Shown: positions 15,377-24,120 of the stretch, piece after piece
How the letters are laid out: each line of letters opens with the position of its first letter
How positions within the stretch are numbered: the stretch's first letter is position 1
From: a virus
Lineage: Duplodnaviria; Caudoviricetes
DNA: 24,120 bases
Strand: one strand, 5' to 3'
Virus record (IMG/VR): IMGVR_UViG_3300046709_000212
Location: 1 to 24,120 of that record
Program-made: the position numbers and the translations under genes
The notes under the pieces: model-generated
What the model saw: the letters and a program-made list of their open reading frames with translations, nothing else
Database searches by the model: none
What the model was told of the DNA's origin: nothing

Positions 15377-15853
15377 TTAAAGTCGTTTCCGAAAACCCAG
15401 CTCGGCCAGTTCGTAGCCGCGCTTCTCAAAAATTGCCTTCCCGCCATCTTCGTCCACCGTGAACATGTGCCCGTGGACGATACTCGTGCAGCCCCGCAAC
15501 CGGGCGTCTTCCTCTGCCCAATTCAGCAAGGCACGCCCCACGCCGCGCCCGCGGGCCTCGGGAACCACATAGAGAAAAGTCATCGTGGCCGTCCGCTCGC
15601 CGTTGAAGGTGTCCGGACAAAAATTCAGGCCCACGAGCCCTTCCGGCCCCGCGGCACTGATAAACCAATTCGCAGCCGCTATCGTCCCGCAGTTCTGCGA
15701 GATGAGCGAGGACCAGAGGCGGGACAGCGTTCGCATGTCCAGCTGACCGGGGTATTTCACCTCGTCGAAATAGCGCTGGAACAGCGGGCGGAGCAGGTAG
15801 AGCCCTTCCGGGATTACCTTCACCAAAGTCGTCACTTTTTCAGTTGCGGTCAT
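15377..15853 (-). CDS. GNAT-family acetyltransferase
   Basis: Motif A FLYVVPEARGRGVGRALL and C-terminal IFEKRGY. Confidence 0.85.
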   Translation of the reverse strand: MTATEKVTTLVKVIPEGLYLLRPLFQRYFDEVKYPGQLDMRTLSRLWSSLISQNCGTIAAANWFISAAGPEGLVGLNFCPDTFNGERTATMTFLYVVPEARGRGVGRALLNWAEEDARLRGCTSIVHGHMFTVDEDGGKAIFEKRGYELAELGFRKRL

Positions 15854-15861
15854 CTACTATT

Positions 15862-15888
15862 AAGTGTTCCGAATCAGTCCTTTGTCAA
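15862..15888 (-). promoter_or_regulatory. Putative phage promoter TTGACA-N16-CACTT (copy 2)
   Basis: Minus strand reads TTGACA AAGGACTGATTCGGAA CACTT AATAGTAG ATG(15853). Confidence 0.6.
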
Positions 15889-16953
15889 GTGCCAAAGGAA
15901 CACCGTCGGCTGGATGGTATTGTGACCGACAGCCGCCGCGGTGTAGCCCGGGGCCTTTTCCAAGGTGAACTGGCGGCTGGTCATCAGCTGCGTGCCCGTC
16001 GGGCCGAGGGTCACCCCCGTCTGGCTGCCGTTCGGGGACGAGTGCCCCGTGCGGGCGGTCTGGCTGTTCGGCGGCGTTGGCACCGGGATGCCGGCGCTCT
16101 GAATTTCCGTGTCCGCGTCTTCCACCCGGAAGAAAACGATGTTGGCCTGCGTGCTGTTCAGGAGCGACGCGTGCCCAATCATGTGCGAGTGCTGCTCGAT
16201 TTCGAGCGAGGACAACACATGATTCTCTTCGCCGAACGTGTCGCCGGCCCCGCGCTGGGTGATTCCCGAGGGGGTCGATACCGCGCTCTCCGGGGAGGTC
16301 CCCGCATCCTTGGCTGCCTGGGCGATGGTCCGGCCGCGCTTGGACTCGTCGTTGTCGTAGAGCAGCGACCAGCCCGGGTTGCGGGTGAGGACAACCGTCA
16401 GCACGTCGCCGGTGACGGCCTTGACGTCGCCCGGGGACCCTGAGACGGTGCGCCACGCATTCCGTTCCCAATGAATCAGGCAGTTGATGTCCGTGTCGAA
16501 ATACGTTTCGAGTTCAATGGGGTCCGACGGCCGGTTGGCCGTGGTGCCGTTGTTCGGGATGCTGGGGGCGGGTTCCCACGAGTTTCCGTCCCAGCCATAC
16601 CAGCCCACGGGCCGGCTGCCGACGGAGCGGAACCAGATGAGCGGGTCATTCGTGCCGGGCTGCCCGGGGTTGTTCGGCCCGATGAACGCGAACGCGCTCA
16701 ACGAGTCGGAGATGTCCAGCGGGACGTAGTGCCCGACATTGATGTCGAACACGTAGAGCTTCGTGCCGTTTTTGAACCACGGACCGGAGTTGCTCGCGGG
16801 CTCCACGTCGCCGATGACGAAAAAGTTCGTGCCGACCGGGGACTGGATGTCCATCCGTTCGAGGATTGCCGCGAAATACTCCTGCGGCGTCCCTTCGAAG
16901 TCGGGCGGAATCTGCGACGCGACGATGACCAAATTGGTTTTTTGAAGTGGCAT
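15874..16953 (-). CDS. Tail fibre / tail-collar-like protein (359 aa, start MPLQKTNL)
   Basis: GDTFGEENHVLSSLEIEQHSH...GHNTIQPTVFLWHLTK matches the tail-collar/short-fibre pattern G-x-E-x-H-x-L...HxH...HNxxQP; GTTANRP motif; start after TAAT. Confidence 0.7.
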   Translation of the reverse strand: MPLQKTNLVIVASQIPPDFEGTPQEYFAAILERMDIQSPVGTNFFVIGDVEPASNSGPWFKNGTKLYVFDINVGHYVPLDISDSLSAFAFIGPNNPGQPGTNDPLIWFRSVGSRPVGWYGWDGNSWEPAPSIPNNGTTANRPSDPIELETYFDTDINCLIHWERNAWRTVSGSPGDVKAVTGDVLTVVLTRNPGWSLLYDNDESKRGRTIAQAAKDAGTSPESAVSTPSGITQRGAGDTFGEENHVLSSLEIEQHSHMIGHASLLNSTQANIVFFRVEDADTEIQSAGIPVPTPPNSQTARTGHSSPNGSQTGVTLGPTGTQLMTSRQFTLEKAPGYTAAAVGHNTIQPTVFLWHLTKD

Positions 16954-16954
16954 A

Positions 16955-17341
16955 TTATTGCGGCCCGTGTTCGAGCGCCTTGACGCGGTCTTGCAAATCG
17001 AAAATCTGCGCCAGCAAAAGCTGGATGGGGTTTTCCAGGTAACGCGCCAGGGCGTCGCCATCACCGGCGTTCACGAGCGTTTCGAAGTCGGCAACGGCAT
17101 CGGTCGAGACACGGAAGATGGTGCCGTCGCGGCGATGAAAATCTTTGCCGAAGGCCACCGCGAGCGCGTCCACCGCCTTTTTCGCGTCCTGGGGATTCGC
17201 GTGGTTGTTGCCGTGCCCAGGGTTCGGGGGCGGTCCGCCGGCCTTGGCGTTGCCGCTGTTGCCGGGGGCGGGAGTCGGAGACGGCGCGGGCGCGGGCGTT
17301 GGCGTCGGCGTCGGCGGGGTGTTCGCGTTGGGGTTAGCCAT
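16955..17341 (-). CDS. Hypothetical protein with PT/PA-rich N-terminus and C-terminal coiled coil (128 aa)
   Basis: ATG at 17341 after TAATTTT; ends LQDRVKALE. Confidence 0.65.
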   Translation of the reverse strand: MANPNANTPPTPTPTPAPAPSPTPAPGNSGNAKAGGPPPNPGHGNNHANPQDAKKAVDALAVAFGKDFHRRDGTIFRVSTDAVADFETLVNAGDGDALARYLENPIQLLLAQIFDLQDRVKALEHGPQ

Positions 17342-17345
17342 AAAA

Positions 17346-17762
17346 TTAGAGGCAGGGCTCCACGACGACGTGCAGCGCGGTTGATGGATTCGACAGCCCG
17401 AAGTCGCCGAACGCGGCCACTTGGTAAAAGTATTCGCCGGGCGCGACCTCCGCCGTATAGACGGCGTCCTCGACCGATGCCGCGTAGAGGAACGGACCAG
17501 ACACGCTGTCCGCGACATATACGTTGTAGCCGAGTGCGCCCGCGAGCGGGGTCCATGTTAGCGTAATCACGCGGGGACATTCACTCACGACGGCAGCCAG
17601 TCCGACCGGGCCGTCAATCGCGACAATGGCGATGAACGCGGGAATCGAGCTGCTCGAACCGCTGCCGCTTTCAGCAGGGCTGAGCTGACAGATTAACGGC
17701 GACCGGTAATTGATTCGCAATTCCCGGCGCGTGATTCCGCGCAATGAGTCGAACTGGGTCAT
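17346..17762 (-). CDS. Fibronectin type III-like domain virion protein
   Basis: GPVGLAA...ITLTWTPLAGALGYNVY...YFYQVAAFGDFGLSNPS is the FN3 pattern; ATGA overlap with the upstream gene. Confidence 0.7.
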   Translation of the reverse strand: MTQFDSLRGITRRELRINYRSPLICQLSPAESGSGSSSSIPAFIAIVAIDGPVGLAAVVSECPRVITLTWTPLAGALGYNVYVADSVSGPFLYAASVEDAVYTAEVAPGEYFYQVAAFGDFGLSNPSTALHVVVEPCL

Positions 17763-19729
17763 AGTCCGGTTCCTGTGGAAATCATAATCGGCAGCGACAG
17801 CTCCAGCTGTCGCGATGCCCGACGCCGCGCAATGGCCTGCGCGATTTTGTCCGCGTCCTGCTGGCTGATGATGGACTCGCCGTATCCCGTGCCGACCTCG
17901 GTAAGGCCCTGCTCGGTGATGGACACCGTCTGGTTGCTCGTGAACAGTGGGATGTTCGCGTTCAGTTCCGCGATGCTATCCGAAGCCGCGCCGTCGAAGC
18001 GGACGAAGTTTTGCTCGGGGCCTTCGTCTTCCTCGCAGCGGCCGGAGAGTTCTTTATTCGGGCTAACCGCGCCCGGCGTTCCCGGAGCGGGTTCCATATA
18101 AATACGGATTCCACGCACTGCACCAGGACCAGAGACCACAATGAGAAGTTGAAAAGATTCATCGAGAAAATCCAGCTTGAACGACTCCACGTCGCAAGAC
18201 GACAGGTCCTCGGCCGAGGCCAATTCCTTGGCGTCTTGCGTTCGCAGGGGCCGCGTCTGTTTTTTGAACGCGAACATTTTTTCGCTGCTCTTGATTTTGT
18301 GTCCCTGACGAATGGAGCCACGCGGCGCCTCAATTCGTTTCGTCATCAGCCGCTTGTAGCGACCCCGATACGGTCCGGCCCAGAAGACCGCAATGTCCAC
18401 AGTGCCCGATAACTCGGACATAAAGATGTCGGCGTAGCGCACGGTCTTGTCCCGGAGCGGCACCTCGGCCGAGAACGCGCGCGTCTCGCCATACCACGTA
18501 ATCGGGCAGCCGTCGTCCAGGCGGTCGGGAGTGAACGCTTCCCACAACCGATTCTGGCCGTCGAAATCCGCGCTGACGAAAAAGATGCGATTCGAGCCGG
18601 CGAACAAACCGTAAAGCCATTCCACCGGCCGCGTGCCGGACCACATGGAATTCCACGCGAAGGGAGACTTCTGGTCCTTCTTTTGCCACGTCGCGCCGTC
18701 CAGGCACCACGTATGCGTGTTCTTTTTGTCGCAGTAGGGCACCGACACGAGCAGGTAGTTTTCGAAAAATCCACAGGCGATTCCGTTGAGGTCATCGCCC
18801 AGGCGCGATTTGCTGTCCGCCATCTCGTTGTCCTCATAAGGCGTGACGGAGGTCTGTCGCGTCAGCTCAGCTGCGTTCACGTTCGTCAAGCCGCCGGCAG
18901 AATACCACCACAGCAGGCCGTGCAAGAGCGACACAGACCGGGCCGAGACGCAGCCCACTTCGGGGAATTGGAGAAACTGGAAGTTTGGCGTGGCGAGCCA
19001 CGTCGCGCGGTCGCGGATGCCGGACTGGATGAGGGTCGTCGTGTCCTGGGTGAAAACGAACAGTGACGCCAGCTCGGCGTTCGCGGTCGGCTCGGCCAGC
19101 GCGGTGATTTCCCCCGGCAGTGTGAAGGCTTCCACGGTGGCGAAATACTGCGGCTCCAAAAAGTGCTGCGGGTCGTAGAGGTCGCTCGCGAAAAGTTTTG
19201 CGCCCTGGGCCACCCAGAGTCGGTCCCCGGACCAAGCCATCGGCCCGCCGAGTTTGATTTCCGGGTTGTGGAACGCGTTGTAGCCGTCGAACACGGCCGG
19301 CGCAGTAAGCCCACCGTCCTGGATGATGACGAGGTTAATTGCGGGGATGATTCGAATGCTGCCGTCGTCGTTGCGCGTCGTGGCCTGCTCGGCCTGCACG
19401 AAGAAAAGCTGCCGGGCCGTCGGCGAGAACTGAATCGCCAGCTGCCGGAAGGTTCGGTAGGGATAGTCCGACAGATACACGAGCCCGTCCACGGCGAAGA
19501 GGACAGATTCGATGCCGACCTTGGGCCGGAAGACGAAGCCGCCCTGGAGGTTCCCCGCCGGCATCGCGAAGCGGCACCGGTAGCCGGGCCGGCATTGTAA
19601 CACGCCGCCGCGGTTGACCGCGTTGAGTGCCCGCGCGTAAAAGCCGGGCGTCAACATCGCGGGGTCGGACATGGAATCCATGCCCCCGAGAAAGGTCAGC
19701 TCCCCATCTTCTGAACGCGGCGTTGCCAT
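17759..19729 (-). CDS. Putative tail nozzle / packaged-DNA stabilization protein (T7 gp12 / P22 gp10-like role)
   Basis: 656 aa, beta-rich; N-terminal FLGGMDS...ALNAVNRGGVLQCRPG resembles podoviral nozzle starts; synteny after the adaptor-like gene; GAGGGG SD. Confidence 0.6.
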   Translation of the reverse strand: MATPRSEDGELTFLGGMDSMSDPAMLTPGFYARALNAVNRGGVLQCRPGYRCRFAMPAGNLQGGFVFRPKVGIESVLFAVDGLVYLSDYPYRTFRQLAIQFSPTARQLFFVQAEQATTRNDDGSIRIIPAINLVIIQDGGLTAPAVFDGYNAFHNPEIKLGGPMAWSGDRLWVAQGAKLFASDLYDPQHFLEPQYFATVEAFTLPGEITALAEPTANAELASLFVFTQDTTTLIQSGIRDRATWLATPNFQFLQFPEVGCVSARSVSLLHGLLWWYSAGGLTNVNAAELTRQTSVTPYEDNEMADSKSRLGDDLNGIACGFFENYLLVSVPYCDKKNTHTWCLDGATWQKKDQKSPFAWNSMWSGTRPVEWLYGLFAGSNRIFFVSADFDGQNRLWEAFTPDRLDDGCPITWYGETRAFSAEVPLRDKTVRYADIFMSELSGTVDIAVFWAGPYRGRYKRLMTKRIEAPRGSIRQGHKIKSSEKMFAFKKQTRPLRTQDAKELASAEDLSSCDVESFKLDFLDESFQLLIVVSGPGAVRGIRIYMEPAPGTPGAVSPNKELSGRCEEDEGPEQNFVRFDGAASDSIAELNANIPLFTSNQTVSITEQGLTEVGTGYGESIISQQDADKIAQAIARRRASRQLELSLPIMISTGTGL

Positions 19730-19747
19730 GTCCCCTCAGTCCGCGGC

Positions 19748-19951
19748 TTACAGGCTGCCGACGTATTGGCTGTAGTTGCCCTTGTCGTGACCGTTTTTGA
19801 GGCGGTCGATGCGGTCCTTGTCCTCGGCGTCCACGACCGAATAGTCGAAGATGCCTTGCGGGGCCGGCTTGTTGGCGTTGGTCTTGGCGTTTTCAGTCGC
19901 CCCGTTCGAGGGCGGCATGCCTTTATCTTGTTTCACGTTGTCCATACACAT
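19748..19951 (-). CDS. Hypothetical protein (65-67 aa)
   Basis: TGATG overlap with the upstream stop (alternative ATG at 19945); fills the gap. Confidence 0.6.
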   Translation of the reverse strand: MCMDNVKQDKGMPPSNGATENAKTNANKPAPQGIFDYSVVDAEDKDRIDRLKNGHDKGNYSQYVGSL

Positions 19952-20898
19952 CAGTCAACATTCCAGTCGTCTTTTTGGGAGATGCTGTTGCGGTCTTCGA
20001 CCTGCATCGGCATCGCATTCGGGCTGACGAGTGCGCCCTCTTGCTCGGTGAGAATCCGCGAGGCGTGTGCCTCGAATTGCATGCCATTAGCAACGTCGGA
20101 GTCCAGGTAAAACTTCACGGCCTTCATCGCCATGACGAGCGCGAAGCGGCTGTGCAAAAGGATGCGCGTGTTGAGGCTCGTGATGTCGAAGGATTTCTTT
20201 CGATACACGATGCGGACCCACGGGCAGCCGCGCGAGATTTTGATGCGACGATAGCGGGGATGGGTTTCCTCCGGGTCGTAAATCCCGATGAGCGTGCCCG
20301 AGCTGGACGAGTTGTCGAAGGTCGAGAGCCGGATGATGCCGGCCGAGGGACCCTTGACGATGTCCGTGATGCGGGAGACCTCGGGGTCGGTCTTCGCCGG
20401 CACCGCGTATCCGAAAATCGTGGGGACGAGCAGGCCGTCGGTCCAGACACCGTCCTCGAAAGTTTGCAGGGGCTTGTTCTGCTTGTCGAAGCCGAACACG
20501 CGGAGTTCCACACCCGAGTCCTCGGGTTTGTCCACGAAAGCAATCAGCTTGCCGGGGCAGACGATGTCCTTGTAGGTGACGGCGGGCAGCTCGTCAAACC
20601 AGGAATAGTCACAGCGGTTTTTGCAATCGCCGGGGCCGTTCAGGTGGAAGGAAAAAAGTTCGTTGTGTCCGAGCGCGGGCCGGCCGGCGAGGTTCACCCC
20701 GAGGACCGTCTCCACTTCGCGCGGGAGCGTGACGCACTTGTTCTGCACGCAGATGTCCAGCCCGCCGACCAGCGGGTCGATGTCGCCCTTGTTCGCGAGC
20801 ATGCGAATGGCGTCGGTCATCCAGCGAAAGAGCTTCTCCTCTTTGCAGATACCGAACACATCCTTGGCGTCGTCGAAAATGTCCTTGGCCTGGAACAT
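19951..20898 (-). CDS. Putative head-tail adaptor / tail tubular protein A-like
   Basis: 315 aa with helical termini around a beta core (VTLPREVETVLGV); located immediately upstream of the nozzle-like gene; TAATG overlap. Confidence 0.5.
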   Translation of the reverse strand: MFQAKDIFDDAKDVFGICKEEKLFRWMTDAIRMLANKGDIDPLVGGLDICVQNKCVTLPREVETVLGVNLAGRPALGHNELFSFHLNGPGDCKNRCDYSWFDELPAVTYKDIVCPGKLIAFVDKPEDSGVELRVFGFDKQNKPLQTFEDGVWTDGLLVPTIFGYAVPAKTDPEVSRITDIVKGPSAGIIRLSTFDNSSSSGTLIGIYDPEETHPRYRRIKISRGCPWVRIVYRKKSFDITSLNTRILLHSRFALVMAMKAVKFYLDSDVANGMQFEAHASRILTEQEGALVSPNAMPMQVEDRNSISQKDDWNVD

Positions 20899-21242
20899 TA
20901 GTAAGCCTCTTTGTCGCTGACCTCGGCCGCGTGGCGGTCGAGCGCGTCGCTGCCGGATTCCTCTTCGGCGGTCTCGTCGTGCGCGTCGGCTTCGCCCTCT
21001 TCCACCGAGTTGATGGATTTGATTTCCAGGTCCACGGTGTATCGCATCTTCCCGTCGCGATTCTTGGACTTGTTCTCACCGGTCTTCCGGAAGGTGACCG
21101 TCATCTCACCGGAGTCCGGTAGGTCATAGTCCGACGGCCATTCGAGGTGAAGGTTGGGATACATCTTCTCGGCCATCGAGGCCGTGGAACTAGGTCCCAT
21201 GTCCATCTTGTAGCCCAAATCTATAGGCATGTCGTTTTTCAT
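20898..21242 (-). CDS. Acidic hypothetical protein (114 aa, start MKNDMPIDLG)
   Basis: ATG at 21242 lies 8 nt after the promoter-like motif; the track's start at 21500 overlaps the fibre gene. Confidence 0.65.
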   Translation of the reverse strand: MKNDMPIDLGYKMDMGPSSTASMAEKMYPNLHLEWPSDYDLPDSGEMTVTFRKTGENKSKNRDGKMRYTVDLEIKSINSVEEGEADAHDETAEEESGSDALDRHAAEVSDKEAY

Positions 21243-21250
21243 CGTGTAAG

Positions 21251-21273
21251 AAGTGGTTGATTTCCAGCAGTTG

Positions 21274-21277
<4 letters not shown>
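21251..21277 (-). promoter_or_regulatory. Putative phage promoter TTGACA-N16-CACTT (copy 3)
   Basis: Minus strand reads TTGACA ACTGCTGGAAATCAAC CACTT CTTACACG ATG(21242); the TTGACA contains the upstream TGA stop. Confidence 0.6.
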
Positions 21278-23742
<2,465 letters not shown>

Positions 23743-23746
<4 letters not shown>

Positions 23747-23955
23747 TCGCGCAAATCGTCGATGATGGTGGCCCCGGACGCCTCATCCAAAAGAGGAAAG
23801 CCGTCCTCGTCTTGCAGCACGTCATCCGTCTGGTTGACAATGATGCGCTCCGGCAGCGTGCGACCGGGCAGGATTTTCGTCGCGCCCTTCGGGTTGCAGG
23901 GCCGGGACAAATCGCCTTCGGTATCGCGATGAAGCGGATGCGTGCAATCGTTCAT
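23743..23955 (-). CDS. Small hypothetical virion-module protein (70 aa)
   Basis: ATGA overlaps at both ends; acidic VLQDEDGFPLLDE segment. Confidence 0.65.
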
Positions 23956-24120
23956 GCCAGTTTGATGAACATGATGTTCGAGCCGTCCTGAAAAATCGTC
24001 TGCGGTGCCGAGGCACTTTCGGACGTGACGTGCGCGTCGATGATGTTGTTGATGCTCGCGGTCTGCACAATCGCCCAGATGTGGACATACGTGCAGTGGT
24101 TGCTTCCACCGGTGTTCCAG
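23952..24120 (-). CDS. 3' end of a beta-rich protein truncated by the window edge (...WNTGGSNHCTYVHIWAIVQT...DGSNIMFIKLA*)
   Basis: Open frame from 24119 to the TGA at 23954-23952, which overlaps the next ATG; missed by the track because no upstream start is in the window. Confidence 0.65.
   Translation of the reverse strand, partial: WNTGGSNHCTYVHIWAIVQTASINNIIDAHVTSESASAPQTIFQDGSNIMFIKLA

Noticed and set aside
23822-24109. 95-aa minus-strand ORF in the track
   Set aside because: Overlaps two better-supported frames (23743-23955 and the truncated 23952-24120 CDS) that are linked by an ATGA overlap.

Overview
High-GC fragment of a tailed-phage genome, most likely with podovirus-type (short-tail) architecture. 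No rRNA, tRNA, CRISPR, integrase or transposase is evident. The plus strand (1-4210) holds the 3' part of a calcineurin-like metallophosphoesterase, two signal-peptide proteins (one with a transglutaminase/papain-like Cys-His-Asp triad), a chain of overlapping small hypothetical ORFs and a GT4 glycosyltransferase. The minus strand (24120 down to 4191) is a virion module: two paralogous collagen-like fibre proteins, putative adaptor and nozzle proteins, an FN3 protein, a tail-collar-like fibre, a GNAT, three putative ejection proteins (one with an S74 chaperone domain) and a 2433-aa polyvalent protein. Three signals stand out. (i) The giant protein has an HExxH zincin domain followed by a cassette of modules, each delimited by a seven-times-repeated [G/A/Q]-[F/Y]-L-[P/S] motif; the cassette includes a duplicated module, low-GC modules and a terminal HhH-glycosylase-like domain, suggesting a self-processing, module-swapping injected polyprotein. 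(ii) A non-canonical promoter-like motif, TTGACAA-N15-CACTT, lies 8-11 nt before three minus-strand start codons. (iii) Many gene junctions read TAA-T(1-4)-ATG with no Shine-Dalgarno sequence. All functional calls come from motif reading by eye; no searches were run.
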